From assembly GCA_039208735.1 (NCBI GenBank), contig JBCCQY010000058.1, forward strand, positions 1-47,280: a stretch of 47,280 nt of DNA, written 5' to 3'. Numbering within the stretch: position 1 is the first letter of the stretch; every line of letters starts with the position of its first letter. The stretch comes from Myxococcota bacterium. GTDB taxonomy: Bacteria > Myxococcota_A > UBA796 > GCA-2862545. Positions 9,161 to 19,841 of the stretch are shown piece by piece. The notes beneath the pieces were generated by a model that was not told the origin of the DNA, did no database searches, and saw only the letters and a list, made by a program, of their open reading frames with translations. A program made the translations under genes and the position numbers.

Positions 9161-10101
9161 AGCGAGGCCCCGGACACCGGGCCCAGCTGGTGGCCCGCCG
9201 CCGCATTGCCGACCCACAGTGACTCGATCAACACGTAGGGGCCGTCCGGGGGGCTCATGATCTGCATGCTCCAAGGGCCATTGGGAGGCGCGACGTCGGG
9301 TGCCCCCAGCCGGCCCTCGGTCGCTTCGGCGGACACCCCCAGCCGGCCCTCGGTCGCTTCGGCGGACACCCCCAGCACCTCGACCCGAGCCGCACGGGTG
9401 GGAGCCGTGCCTACGTTCATTAGACGGGCATCGAGATGAACGCCGAACTCGCCCAGCCCGGCGTCCCATCCCTTTTTAAACCGGTACTCCACCGAAGTTC
9501 CCGGGTAAACCCAAACCACGCCCAGTCCATCATTGCCCCGTCGCACAGGCTGTTCGGCCATAAGCTCCACCTTCCACTCCCCGTCGACCGCATCGGCCTC
9601 GAACGGAGACAGGAAAATGAAGCGGGGTTGCACGCGAAACGCACCGTGGCAGCCGTTTTCGGACCGGGCGGGGCCTGCGTGTGGCGTCAGCTCGCGCCCC
9701 TCGTAGGTCACCTTGATGGGTGAGGCGTTTCCACTGCCGGACTCGGAAAGGCGACGATCCGAGATTTCCGCAAGGGCCACTGATCGCATGCGGTAGCCAC
9801 ACGCCGTGTCGGGCCTTCGCTCGACCGGGCCCAACGGTGGCAATTCAGGCGGCGAACCTTGTTGAGAGAACGTGGCTCCTAGGTCGATGAGCGCCGCAGG
9901 GCCGCCCTTTCGGTTCGGAATGGGTCCCGCGGGCAGAACGCCCATCTCCTGCATCTTCCGACGCATCCGAGCGACGTCGAGCGCCAAGACGTCAACCTCA
10001 CGGCGCAACGCTTGTTGACGCGTCTCAATCTCCGCGAGATCGGCGGTACAGGCACTGCATGCGAGCACCAGCACGACAAAACGAAACCAGGACCTTGACA
10101 T
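9157..10101 (-). CDS. hypothetical lipoprotein with N-terminal coiled coil
   Basis: Leader MSRSWFRFVVLVLACSAC followed by a heptad-like segment; translationally coupled to the sulfatase-like gene. Confidence 0.7.
   Translation of the reverse strand: MSRSWFRFVVLVLACSACTADLAEIETRQQALRREVDVLALDVARMRRKMQEMGVLPAGPIPNRKGGPAALIDLGATFSQQGSPPELPPLGPVERRPDTACGYRMRSVALAEISDRRLSESGSGNASPIKVTYEGRELTPHAGPARSENGCHGAFRVQPRFIFLSPFEADAVDGEWKVELMAEQPVRRGNDGLGVVWVYPGTSVEYRFKKGWDAGLGEFGVHLDARLMNVGTAPTRAARVEVLGVSAEATEGRLGVSAEATEGRLGAPDVAPPNGPWSMQIMSPPDGPYVLIESLWVGNAAAGHQLGPVSGASL
9303..9376. repeat. perfect 33-bp in-frame tandem duplication
   Basis: CCCCCAGCCGGCCCTCGGTCGCTTCGGCGGACA x2 plus CCCCCAGC; encodes LGVSAEATEGR twice. 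Confidence 0.95.
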
Positions 10102-10158
10102 AGGCGGGGCATAACCGCACGCCGGCTGGTTACCCTTGCCGGTGAGCGAGGCACCGCT

Positions 10159-10551
10159 ATGCCCACCTACCAAGTCATCAATATCGCCCTTGCGATCCTC
10201 TTTGCTGTCTTTGCAGGGACCCAGGTCGACACGTCGGACCCCCTTCGAGCCGGCTTGGTCTACGGCACCGCAAGCCTGGTCTGTGGGCTGGCCGCAGCGG
10301 ATCGATCTCCACCCCCCATCCTCACATTGCTGTTCGCAGGACTGTGTGGCCTACTCGCTCTGTCACACGGCTTTCCCGGACTACCGAGTCGCCCTGTAGG
10401 ACGGATGTTCCTGTGGCCCGAAGCCACCGAAGGACGACAAGCGATCGGACTGCTTGTCGTTGCGGTGTGGATGGCCGTGGTGGCTCGTGTTTCGGCGCGT
10501 CAACCTCGCTACGACGCAAAGCGCGGCACCCGCTCCATAAACCGGGTGTAG
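10159..10551 (+). CDS. small membrane protein, TMEM220-like
   Basis: NIALAILFAVFAGTQVDTSDP...VYG and EGRQAIGLL resemble the TMEM220 pattern (Q-x-ND-P-DP...YG...E-x-RE-x-x-GL). Confidence 0.6.
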   Translation: MPTYQVINIALAILFAVFAGTQVDTSDPLRAGLVYGTASLVCGLAAADRSPPPILTLLFAGLCGLLALSHGFPGLPSRPVGRMFLWPEATEGRQAIGLLVVAVWMAVVARVSARQPRYDAKRGTRSINRV

Positions 10552-11381
10552 TCAACGTCGGCCAACACGGCTTCGAGTTCTGCCTTGTGCGCGCCCGTCC
10601 ATTCGAGTTCTTCAATCGTATGAGGCAGCTCAACATCGGTCCGCAACGTGGCGAGCACCCGGTAGAGCTGCGCCTCACCTTGGCGCGCGGCTAGGTTTTC
10701 CGCGAGACTCTTCGCGCCTCGCACCTTGATCGTCCAGTCCGCCGCGTCTTCCGGGATCTGATCGAGTTGGCCATAGGTGCGAAGTACGGTGGCCGCCGAC
10801 TTTGCGCCCCACTTCGGAATGCCCGGAATCCCGTCCGCGCTGTCGCCGACGAGGGCGAGGTAGTCGGGGATCGCCGAAGGGGGCACCCCAAACTTCTCGA
10901 TGACCCCGGCCTCGTCGATCTCAATTTTCCGTCGCCGATCCCGCAGAACTACGCGTTCACCGCGTACACATTGGGCAAGGTCCTTGTCCGGCGTACAAAT
11001 GACAACGCGCTCGGCCTGCTCCGAGAACTGAGCCGCAGCGGACGCTAGCGCATCATCAGCTTCGACCTCAACCATCGGCCAAACTGCGACCCCGAGGGCC
11101 TTGGCGGCAACCTCGGCCGGACCGAACTGTGCGGCGAGTTCGGGCTCGATGCCCGCACCCGTCTTGTAGCCTTCAAACAGGTCATTTCGGAACGACTCGA
11201 TCACGTGATCGAACGCGACAGCCACATGCGTGCAGTCAGGCTCGGAGAGCAACGACAGCAGCGTCCGCAAGATGCCCCGCACCGCTCCGACCTCGCGCCC
11301 GTCTGGGGTCTGAGCGCGTTGGCCAGGCGCGTAGTAGGCGCGGAACAGCTCGTAGGTGCCATCGACAAGGTGTAGATGCAT
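10509..11381 (-). CDS. stand-alone 5'-3' exonuclease / flap endonuclease
   Basis: LVDGT, VAFD, YKTG, EADD, DKDLAQ and GDSADGIPGIPKWGAKSA (H3TH); no polymerase domain. Confidence 0.92.
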   Translation of the reverse strand: MHLHLVDGTYELFRAYYAPGQRAQTPDGREVGAVRGILRTLLSLLSEPDCTHVAVAFDHVIESFRNDLFEGYKTGAGIEPELAAQFGPAEVAAKALGVAVWPMVEVEADDALASAAAQFSEQAERVVICTPDKDLAQCVRGERVVLRDRRRKIEIDEAGVIEKFGVPPSAIPDYLALVGDSADGIPGIPKWGAKSAATVLRTYGQLDQIPEDAADWTIKVRGAKSLAENLAARQGEAQLYRVLATLRTDVELPHTIEELEWTGAHKAELEAVLADVDYTRFMERVPRFAS

Positions 11382-11389
11382 GGCCTCTC

Positions 11390-14300
11390 TTAACGGCCGA
11401 CCGTTCGACGCCTCCGTCGGCTCCATCCCGCCACCAACAGAACAACCCCGAACGCAGAGCCCAGTGGTGGAGGGCCCGACGCATCACAGGCACACCCCGA
11501 TCCGCCCGTCAGCGGCTCATCAGGGCCCCGATCAATGGTCGCATCATCACTCGGATCCAGAGGATCCGCGCCTTCTGCGACCTCGAGCCCATCTTCGATG
11601 CCTCCCCCATCGGTGTCCTGGACCAATGGATCCGTGCCTCGTTCCACCTCGTCCCCATCCAGAAGTCCGTCGTCGTCGGTGTCGGGGTCGTCGGGATCGG
11701 TCTGCTGGTTGGCTTCATCATCGTCTGCGAGTCCGTCACCATCCCGATCATCGGGCGTCACGGGCAAATCGTCTGCAGGGTCCTGCGGATCGGTCTCGGC
11801 AACGACCTCGAGACCGTCGGGAGCCCCTCCACCATCGGTATCGGCAAGGCGTGGGTCGCTTCCGTGCATCTGCACTTCATCGCCGTCTTGCAGGCCGTCG
11901 CCATCGGTGTCTGCCACATTGGGATCGGTTCCCCAGCGAATCGCCTCGGCGTAGTCGTCCAGCCCGTCGCCGTCCGAATCGGCCACCGTGGGCTGGGTAT
12001 TCGTCACAAGGACTTCTTGACCGTCGCTTAGGCCGTCCCCGTCTGTGTCTGCGAGGTTCGGATCGGTGCCGTGGAGGGCCTGTTCGGCGTCATCCAACAG
12101 GCCATCGCCATCGGTATCGAGCGGATCGTCATCGCCATCTGTCGGATCCGTTCCGAACAGGAACACCTCATGGCCATCCTCGACGCCACCCCCATCGGTG
12201 TCCCGTAGAGCAGGATCGAGGCCCGCATCTACTTCATCACCGTCCGCCAGGCCATCGCGATCCGTGTCCCGGTCAAGAGGGCTGCTCGAGTGCGTGTTCA
12301 CCTCGTCTCCGTCGAGCAGGCCGTCCCCATCGGTATCTGGATCGTTCGGGTCGGTGCCTTCCTTGTTCTCGAGAACGTCGGTGAGTCCATCGAAGTCGGA
12401 GTCGATGAGGCTCGGGTCATCATCGATCGGGTCCAATGGGTTGGTCAGCGTCACGAACAGCTCGAAATCGTCGGCCAGACCGCCCCCATCGGTGTCGCGA
12501 AGGACGGGGCTCGTGAGGTAGACGATCACCTCATCCCCGTCCGACAACGTGTCCCCATCGGTGTCTGCGACGAGCGGATTGGTCCCTTCAACCCGTACCT
12601 CTTCACCATCGAGAAGGCCGTCGTCATCCGAGTCGGGGTCCTTGGGATCGGTGCCCGCCTTCGCTTCGTCCGCATCGGTGAGCAGATCGCGGTCCGAGTC
12701 GACAAACGGCGCATCGTCGCTTGCATCCAAGGGATCGGTCAGGGCCAGAAGGAGCTCTGTGCCGTCGTCGGTCCCGCCCCCGTCGGTGTCGGCCAGGGTG
12801 GGATCCGTCATGATCTCGATCTCCTCACCATCAAGGAGCAAGTCACCGTCTGTGTCGGCCTCCGTCGGCGTCGTGTTGTAGACCAACACCTCTTCGCCAT
12901 CGGGAAGATCGTCGTCATCGGTGTCGATGTCGTTGGGATCGGTGTTGTACAGCTTCACTTCATCGGGATCGGACAGGCCATCCTCGTCGGAGTCCTGGAT
13001 CGTCACCACCACATTGCCTGCTTCAGACGCGCCTGATGCCCGCAACGAGATCCCGACAATCGGAGTGTCGTGGACCACCCCCGCACTCGCGGCATCGATC
13101 TGGCAAGCGAAGGTGCCATCGAGTTCGGTGGTGCAGTAGGCGATGTGGGAAAACGGCTCTCCTCGAGGCACCGGAGGGCCGCCAAGCTCGATCGGGCCGT
13201 CCTGCGTGCCGTCGTCATCCCCCACCAACCACTCGATTTGGGTCGCCTCGGCGAAGGGTGTCGCGGCGGTTCCCACGAAACCCAGGAGGTTCAACTGACC
13301 CGCGCCATCGATCCAGGTTTCGGTGATCACTGGTGCATCGAGGCCTTCGTTTGCAGAATCGACATTCAGTGCACCATCGTTGACGGTGACCCCGTCACCA
13401 TCGAGGTCGATGGGTAGGCCCAGATTGTCGCTGAAGGCGTTCGCGTCGAGGGCCACCCCTGTCGCACTTCCCGTGACCGTCAACCCGTCGCCCGCGTTTG
13501 CCCACACGATGTTGCAGGCCAACAGCACGTCATCTCCCTGGAACGACTCCGCCAAGATGGCAGATGGAGACGACGAAATGGCGCCGCTATCGAGAAACCC
13601 GTTGGCCACCATTGAGTTGTTGACCGCGGTTAGTCCAGTGACTTCGCCGGGTCCTTCGATCACCAGGGCCGGGCCGCCCAAGCCTTCAAAGAGGTTTTCG
13701 AGGACGAGGTCATCCAAGGCTTGGTCCAGCGCATCCGACACGTCGATGCGAACGCCTGCGTAGGCATCTGCGTGTCCTCCGGGCGGCGCCACAATCGTGT
13801 TCTGCTCCACCCGCAAGCCATCGTAGCGGCCCGATCGCACAATCGCGTCCGCCTCGGTCTCGATCCAGCTGGCGCGAATCTCGATATCGTTGGCGGCAAT
13901 CGTCAAGGCGGGAATCGTGCTTCGCTCCGAGGTCGAGCCAGCCGCACTTGCCCCGATCACGACGGCCTGGACCTCAGTACCGTCGCTCGTCACATCCAAA
14001 CCGAGCCGCCGTAGGGCCACGTCATGAACGAAGACCCGAGCGTCGACTTGCATGGCTCCTAGGTTCACGCCATCGATCTCGAGTTCGGGCCTCGGAATCG
14101 TGGACAAAAACGGCTCATCATCGGTCTGGGGCACGAGGTCGGGTCCCACCCCGACCGTCGTTTCGAATGCGGCCAAGAACCCAGGGTTCTCATTTCGCGT
14201 GTCGTCCAGCGGACAGGTGATGCCGTTGCAGAACGCGCGTCCATCGATTTCAAGGTCTGTGGCCACAATCGCGACCGTCGGCACTTCGAGGGTGACCGTC

Positions 14301-15718
14301 CACCAGGCCGCATTGCCCGATTGTGTGGTTGGCGGCGTCGCGGGTACGAACCGGAGCGTGTGCGCACCATCGAGAGCATTGACGTTGTCGAGGAACTGGC
14401 GAAAGCTCCCTTGCACCGTCCGTAGTGTGCCCAAGTCATCATCACCGTCGACGGCATGGGTGACCACAGTGAAGCTGAACGCCGCACCGACATGGCTGAC
14501 ATTCGAGGTGCCAATCGGGACTTCAATGACGTGCTCCGCGAGTTCAAGGTCGCTCGGCACATCCGAGCGGCCCGCCACTCGGCCTCCAAAACAGGAGCCC
14601 GTGTTCGGTCGGGTATCGGTTCCCCCTTCGCCGTTTGCGCACAACGCACCGGCCGGTCCCCAGGTCTGTTCCGCCCACACCGCATCCAGCGTTCGCCCAC
14701 TGCGGACCGGGATCGAGGAGGTCAGACTCGTCGAATCGATGACCACCCAGTAGGTCGCCTGGGCGCCAAGCCCACCGGCCTGGAAGTTCCCCGATGCATT
14801 CGTGGTGGTCGTCAGTACGAACGCATCGTCAAAGCCATCCGCGAACCCATCGCCACCGTCGCGATAGACTCGCAGCCTCGCCGACGCGAGGCCAGGATCC
14901 GACGAGACCCGCCCATCGGCATCGACATCCTCGAATAGGGTGCCCGTGATCTGGCGTGGTCCCGGGTCATCGACGCCATCACAATCCTGATCAATTCCGT
15001 CGCCCGGCACCTCGCTCGCCCCGGGGAACGAGGATGGGTCGCTGTCGTCGCAATCGATCGCATTGAAACTGCTTTCATTGCCATCCAGGCAGTCGCCATC
15101 GCTGTTGAGGTCGATGCCTTGGCCACAGATCTGGTCGCCATCGTTGTCGGCAAAGATCGGGCAAAGGTCCCCTCCCAGATTCACGTCGTCAAACAGCACG
15201 AAGCCATCAGGGTCCGGCGTCCCACTGTTGCTGGTGTTTCCTCGAAGCTGGACCCGCACCGTCGTCCCGCACAGGGCTGACATGTCGACGGTTTGCTCGG
15301 TGAAGGCCCCCACCGAGGGGGCCCAGTCTGCGCTCGAGAGAACCGCACCCGAGCCATCGTCAATCACGAAGGTTCGAGCGCGTACCGACGAGGACTCGTT
15401 GCGATGCCACATCGCCAAGTCCACGTGGCTCACCAGGAAGGCCTCACTTTCGACGCCTCCTTCGCTTTCACTTCCCCCTTCGCTTCCTCCACGCAGCATC
15501 AGTGCGTGGCTCGTTGAAACGAAGCTGATGCCTGTCGTGTCGGTCTCGGACGAAAAGTTGTCCCCCTCCGCGACGCGAACGGCTTCCCCTCCGTTGGTGC
15601 TCGCATCGGTCCATCCGGTCGACAAAGTCGCCTCGAAGTCGCCGTTCGTCGGTGCGGCGAATGCCGCGTGGCTCGCCCCGAGCAGGGCGATGAATGTCCA
15701 GAGTGCTGCCCGCGCCAT
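11390..15718 (-). CDS. large surface protein: MopE-type motif, SdrD-B-like Ig domain, beta-helix region, 20 Ca-binding DxDxDG repeats, MYXO-CTERM tail
   Basis: Signal peptide ending [55 protein letters not shown] repeats; C-terminal GSGCAC, TM helix, RRRRR. Confidence 0.88.
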   Translation of the reverse strand: MARAALWTFIALLGASHAAFAAPTNGDFEATLSTGWTDASTNGGEAVRVAEGDNFSSETDTTGISFVSTSHALMLRGGSEGGSESEGGVESEAFLVSHVDLAMWHRNESSSVRARTFVIDDGSGAVLSSADWAPSVGAFTEQTVDMSALCGTTVRVQLRGNTSNSGTPDPDGFVLFDDVNLGGDLCPIFADNDGDQICGQGIDLNSDGDCLDGNESSFNAIDCDDSDPSSFPGASEVPGDGIDQDCDGVDDPGPRQITGTLFEDVDADGRVSSDPGLASARLRVYRDGGDGFADGFDDAFVLTTTTNASGNFQAGGLGAQATYWVVIDSTSLTSSIPVRSGRTLDAVWAEQTWGPAGALCANGEGGTDTRPNTGSCFGGRVAGRSDVPSDLELAEHVIEVPIGTSNVSHVGAAFSFTVVTHAVDGDDDLGTLRTVQGSFRQFLDNVNALDGAHTLRFVPATPPTTQSGNAAWWTVTLEVPTVAIVATDLEIDGRAFCNGITCPLDDTRNENPGFLAAFETTVGVGPDLVPQTDDEPFLSTIPRPELEIDGVNLGAMQVDARVFVHDVALRRLGLDVTSDGTEVQAVVIGASAAGSTSERSTIPALTIAANDIEIRASWIETEADAIVRSGRYDGLRVEQNTIVAPPGGHADAYAGVRIDVSDALDQALDDLVLENLFEGLGGPALVIEGPGEVTGLTAVNNSMVANGFLDSGAISSSPSAILAESFQGDDVLLACNIVWANAGDGLTVTGSATGVALDANAFSDNLGLPIDLDGDGVTVNDGALNVDSANEGLDAPVITETWIDGAGQLNLLGFVGTAATPFAEATQIEWLVGDDDGTQDGPIELGGPPVPRGEPFSHIAYCTTELDGTFACQIDAASAGVVHDTPIVGISLRASGASEAGNVVVTIQDSDEDGLSDPDEVKLYNTDPNDIDTDDDDLPDGEEVLVYNTTPTEADTDGDLLLDGEEIEIMTDPTLADTDGGGTDDGTELLLALTDPLDASDDAPFVDSDRDLLTDADEAKAGTDPKDPDSDDDGLLDGEEVRVEGTNPLVADTDGDTLSDGDEVIVYLTSPVLRDTDGGGLADDFELFVTLTNPLDPIDDDPSLIDSDFDGLTDVLENKEGTDPNDPDTDGDGLLDGDEVNTHSSSPLDRDTDRDGLADGDEVDAGLDPALRDTDGGGVEDGHEVFLFGTDPTDGDDDPLDTDGDGLLDDAEQALHGTDPNLADTDGDGLSDGQEVLVTNTQPTVADSDGDGLDDYAEAIRWGTDPNVADTDGDGLQDGDEVQMHGSDPRLADTDGGGAPDGLEVVAETDPQDPADDLPVTPDDRDGDGLADDDEANQQTDPDDPDTDDDGLLDGDEVERGTDPLVQDTDGGGIEDGLEVAEGADPLDPSDDATIDRGPDEPLTGGSGCACDASGPPPLGSAFGVVLLVAGWSRRRRRTVGR

Positions 15719-15861
15719 GCCGATCGCATCTCCCGTAGCGGAGGGTTCGAAGATCTTCGCGGACGGCATCGGCACACTGCGGCGAGGCTGTAGTCACGCC
15801 CCGGAATATCGGACGTTGTTCGAACGTTCGGCGAAGGTTCCTGAATGCGATTCCGCCCGGC

Positions 15862-16791
15862 ATGAGGCATCCTTTCGGGGTTGTGAACATCGAGACTGCC
15901 ACCCTTCCATCCAATCCCAATTGCGTGTTGTTCAGCACCGATGCAGAGGCGCTCTACGGTCGTCGAAGCTCGGGTCAGCTGATGCGCGAAATGATGACGT
16001 TGGCCGCACCGTTGCACGGCCAAAGCGGGCTAGCCGTGCTGGTCGGCCTGGGCTGCCGCTTCGTCCAGGACCGTCGCAATCAACAATCGTTGGCAGGAAC
16101 GGTGTTCTTCGTGTTCGACGGCCCTGCCAGCGCCGACGACCTCACGCGGTTGGAGCGCACCGTCTCTGACGGCAACCAGACCTTCTCGAGTTCCAGCATC
16201 GAACGTGTGCCCGAAGACGCAGTATGGGCTGGAGTATGGCGAAATGGCCATCCCTACGTCATCGTCGAATCCGATGCTCCTCAACCGGACCGTTGGGTCG
16301 TGCGTACGCTGACCTGGGATGCTCGCTACGATCCGCCGGTCGGCCAAGTGCTCGTCGATGCCGAAAGCGCCGACCTGCCGCGCTGGCGACGCCTCACTCA
16401 CGTGGCCGCTCCTTACACCCCAGCCGAAGAGGCGGTGGAGCGCATGCGGCTCGCGTTCGCCCTCCACCATGCCCTGCGGGTGGTCGATGCCATGAGTGGC
16501 CCTCGGGTCGCCGATCACGAGTACTTCGAAGAGTTGTTCCCGCCCGACCTCGTGGAACGGTTGAATCTCATCGATCCCAACGCGAGGGACGCCGCCGTCG
16601 CCGACGCACGCCAGGTGCTACCCGATGTTCTCGGCCACCACGACAAGCTAGCCATGGTGGGATTGCTCTTTTCGGTGTCGTTCAGCGAGGGTCCGCTCGG
16701 TGCTGCCCAGATGCGGGCATTGCGGGATGCCGCCCACGAATTGGGGGTCACCAACGAGCAGGTCGTCAACTACTTGCAGCGCCTTTGGTAG
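15862..16791 (+). CDS. hypothetical protein with C-terminal TerB-like helical domain
   Basis: The C-terminus LFSVSFSEGPLGAAQMRALRDAAHELGV resembles the TerB second repeat (A-ADG-x4-E-x3-L-x6-LG); N-terminus not recognised. Confidence 0.55.
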   Translation: MRHPFGVVNIETATLPSNPNCVLFSTDAEALYGRRSSGQLMREMMTLAAPLHGQSGLAVLVGLGCRFVQDRRNQQSLAGTVFFVFDGPASADDLTRLERTVSDGNQTFSSSSIERVPEDAVWAGVWRNGHPYVIVESDAPQPDRWVVRTLTWDARYDPPVGQVLVDAESADLPRWRRLTHVAAPYTPAEEAVERMRLAFALHHALRVVDAMSGPRVADHEYFEELFPPDLVERLNLIDPNARDAAVADARQVLPDVLGHHDKLAMVGLLFSVSFSEGPLGAAQMRALRDAAHELGVTNEQVVNYLQRLW

Positions 16792-16821
16792 AACCGAGGC
16801 GCTTGCAAACGGGAGGAGCGC

Positions 16822-18180
16822 ATGGCCGAACTTGGAACCACCGAACGACCGCTTAGGGTCGCCATCGTGGGCAGTGGCCCGTCGGGGTTCTACGCTGCGA
16901 CAGCGCTGCTCGCGAGCGAAGGCGCCGTTCACGTCGACCTGTTCGACCGGCTACCCACCCCGTTTGGACTGGTGCGAGGGGGCGTAGCGCCCGACCACCA
17001 GAAGATCAAGACCGTGACCCGGGCCTACAACAAGACGGCCGCTCACGAGGACTTTCGGTTCATCGGAAACGTACAGGTCGGCCGAGATGTTTCCTTGGGC
17101 GCACTCTTGTACAGCTACGATCAGGTCATCTTGGCAGTAGGAGCCGAGGCGGACCGTTCCATGGGCATTCCGGGAGAAGACCTGCCCGGGAGCCACTCTG
17201 CCACTGCATTCGTCGGGTGGTACAACGGACATCCGGATCATCAAGACCATGTGTTCGACCTCAACACCCCGACGGCCGTCGTGGTGGGTGTGGGCAACGT
17301 GGCGATGGATGTGGCTCGGATTCTCGCCGCTCAGCCGGATCACCTCTCGCAAACCGACATTACAACGCGGGCCCTTGACCACCTTCGCACGTCGAAGGTT
17401 CGCGACATTGTGGTCCTCGGGCGTCGAGGACCCGCCCAGGCTGCCTTCACGCCCACCGAGATCAAGGAAATTGATGCCCTTGAGGACGTCGATGTGGTCA
17501 TCTCGGAGGGCGATGCTTCACTTGACCCTGCCTCGACAAAGTGGCTCGATCTCTTCGGGACCAAGCCCAATCGGCAAAATGTGGAGTTCTTGCAGTCCAT
17601 CGCCGGCCGAACCCCGACCGCGTCCCGGCGGGTCCACGTTCGACTCCTCACCTCACCCCACGCCTTGTTGGGACAAGAACGCGTCGAGCAAGTCAAAGTC
17701 GGGCGCAATCAGCTGGAAGAACGCGACGACGGTAGCCTCGGTCCCGTCGACACGGGATCGCGAGAGGTACTCGACGCAGGCCTCGTGTTGCGGGCCGTCG
17801 GGTACCGTGGCGTGCCGCTGCCCGGCGCGCCGTTCGACGATCGACGCGGCATCATCCCCAACGTCGAAGGCCGGGTCGTGGATGGGGAAGCGGTCAAGGA
17901 GCGCCTGTACGTGGTGGGGTGGGCCAAGCGGGGGCCAAGCGGCTTGATCGGCACCAACCGCGCCGACAGCAAAGCGACGGTCGAAAAGACCATTGAAGAT
18001 CGTAGTGCCCTGCCCGTCGTGGACCGACCGATGCTCGAACTGCCCCCCACCACAGTGAGCTGGTCGGGGTGGGAACGCATCGATTCGCAGGAGATCGCCC
18101 GGGGCCAAGAGAGTGGCAAGATCCGGGAGAAGTTTGTTGCTGTAGACGCGATGCTCGATGCGCTGGAGCAGGGCGGCTGA
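16822..18180 (+). CDS. ferredoxin/adrenodoxin-NADP+ reductase (FprA-like)
   Basis: VAIVGSGPSGFY, PTPFGLVRGGVAPDH, FVGWYNGHP, GVGNVAMDVAR, GRRGPAQAAFT and GWAKRGPSGLIGTN; GGAGG RBS. Confidence 0.93.
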   Translation: MAELGTTERPLRVAIVGSGPSGFYAATALLASEGAVHVDLFDRLPTPFGLVRGGVAPDHQKIKTVTRAYNKTAAHEDFRFIGNVQVGRDVSLGALLYSYDQVILAVGAEADRSMGIPGEDLPGSHSATAFVGWYNGHPDHQDHVFDLNTPTAVVVGVGNVAMDVARILAAQPDHLSQTDITTRALDHLRTSKVRDIVVLGRRGPAQAAFTPTEIKEIDALEDVDVVISEGDASLDPASTKWLDLFGTKPNRQNVEFLQSIAGRTPTASRRVHVRLLTSPHALLGQERVEQVKVGRNQLEERDDGSLGPVDTGSREVLDAGLVLRAVGYRGVPLPGAPFDDRRGIIPNVEGRVVDGEAVKERLYVVGWAKRGPSGLIGTNRADSKATVEKTIEDRSALPVVDRPMLELPPTTVSWSGWERIDSQEIARGQESGKIREKFVAVDAMLDALEQGG

Positions 18181-18201
18181 CCGCGGGATATCGTCCGCGC
18201 C

Positions 18202-19143
18202 ATGACGAATCGACTGCTTGGGCTGCTGCTGGTGGCCTCCTTTGCGCTCTCCGGCTGCGGCGAGATCTCAGCCGCCCTGCAAGACCTCGGCGTGTGGCCG
18301 ACGCGCTACGTGGTCCAACGCGGCGATACCCTCGGAAAAATTGCCAAGGCCCACGGCGTCACGGTCGACCAACTTCGCAAGTGGAACGGGATTTCGGGTG
18401 ACCTCATCGAGGTGGACCAGGTGCTGTCGATCTGGGACCCCGATGATGGCGGCCTGACCGCCACGACTTCTTCGGGATCCCGCCCCTCCTCGCGGCCCAA
18501 CGCCCCCGCAGCTCCCCAAGGCACCGCCGATGCGCCCAAACGAATCGCCATCGAAATCAATGGGCTGCCCGGCATCTTGGGCACCCAAGGCCCGAGCGGC
18601 GACGTTGGCGACCTCGAAGCCGCCGCCTCACGATTGTCCAGGTCAGGCGATGGCGAGGCCGGTTCGGGGTTGCAGGCTCGAGGTCAGGGCCTTGGCGGAA
18701 CGGGGAGTGCCGAAGCCCTCGACAACACGGCGTTTGCTCGAACTCCGAGCCCGCAACCCACCACCACGCCGGGAACGCCTCGAGTGCCCAGCCTCAAGCT
18801 CCCTCCTCGCAAAGCGTGCCTCGCGGGCCCCACCGACGTGAAGGGCGACCAAGGCGTCGCAGTTAGCCAAGGCCTGTCCGAGTCCCAGATCCGCGAAGGG
18901 CTGGCCACCGTGACAAGCGACGCGCTGGCGTGTTTTGAAGGGGCTCGAGGACGGTTCGAACTCGGGCTGTCGATCGTTGTGGCCTGCGACGGCCGTGTAG
19001 ACCGCGTCGATGTGACGGACCCAGGTGGGTTGCCCAACGCCACGGCGGCCTGTGTGCAGACCACCCTGCGTCATGCCGCCTTCGATGCCCACGCCCGACC
19101 CGATGGCGTCACCTTCGCGTTGCCCTTGTCGTTCGACTTCTGA
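18202..19143 (+). CDS. LysM lipoprotein with C-terminal AgmX/PglI-C (TonB-C-like) domain
   Basis: Lipobox LSGC; LysM YVVQRGDTLGKIA...LRKWNGI; Pro/Gly linker; C-terminal ACF...G-x5-I-x3-GRV...C-V...F-x-P-x-F pattern. Confidence 0.8.
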   Translation: MTNRLLGLLLVASFALSGCGEISAALQDLGVWPTRYVVQRGDTLGKIAKAHGVTVDQLRKWNGISGDLIEVDQVLSIWDPDDGGLTATTSSGSRPSSRPNAPAAPQGTADAPKRIAIEINGLPGILGTQGPSGDVGDLEAAASRLSRSGDGEAGSGLQARGQGLGGTGSAEALDNTAFARTPSPQPTTTPGTPRVPSLKLPPRKACLAGPTDVKGDQGVAVSQGLSESQIREGLATVTSDALACFEGARGRFELGLSIVVACDGRVDRVDVTDPGGLPNATAACVQTTLRHAAFDAHARPDGVTFALPLSFDF

Positions 19144-19205
19144 ACGCTCTGCTGCCGTTCCGGTGTCCTTACGGGGGTTAGAGTGGACGTCCCACGGGAG
19201 GAGCC

Positions 19206-19841
19206 GTGTTGGCCTGGTGGTTCGCGATGGGTTGCGTACTGTCCATCGACGGATGGACGCGGTTTGGGCAACCTGTAGAACGCGTTGTGATCGATGTCGA
19301 TACGGCCAATGTCACGTTGCGGGGTCGGCCTGGACCGGTCGACGTGGACGTCGATGTTGGGGGTTGGGGGGACGGAGACGTCGAGCTTGTCGTCGACGAC
19401 GGCGTGCTGTTCATCGACTACGCATGTGAACAGCAGGAGTGGTGTGGCGGCGACCTCACCGTCGAGATGCCCTCCGATACGCCTACGCTCACGTCCCTGC
19501 AGAACGGCGACATCTTCATTTCCGATCTCAATGACGATGCCGTGGTCAATCTGCTTGCGGGGCGCCTCACGGTTCGAGAGCACGGTCGTGGTCCCGTCGT
19601 GGTGGCGAGCAACGGAGGGGTTGACCTTTCGTTTAGCGAAACCCCCGATCGGGTCGATGTGGAGACAGGGGCGGGCGACGTTCGGCTGCTCTTGCCCGCC
19701 GGCGGCTACGCGTTCGACGTGGAGGCGGCGACGGTCCGCTTCGACAAGACCATCCTCGATGATCCCACGAGCCCCCACACCATACGGGTTCGAACGCCCG
19801 GCACAGCAAGGTTCACCGCGGTTAGTCCACCCGTTCGATGA
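19206..19841 (+). CDS. DUF4097-like beta-strand repeat protein
   Basis: GGAGG RBS and GTG start; repeated NGDI / NGGVDL / AGDVRL turns. Confidence 0.7.
   Translation: MLAWWFAMGCVLSIDGWTRFGQPVERVVIDVDTANVTLRGRPGPVDVDVDVGGWGDGDVELVVDDGVLFIDYACEQQEWCGGDLTVEMPSDTPTLTSLQNGDIFISDLNDDAVVNLLAGRLTVREHGRGPVVVASNGGVDLSFSETPDRVDVETGAGDVRLLLPAGGYAFDVEAATVRFDKTILDDPTSPHTIRVRTPGTARFTAVSPPVR

Noticed and set aside
9303..9376. 33-bp repeat as a mini CRISPR array
   Set aside because: The copies are directly adjacent with no spacers and lie in frame inside a CDS.
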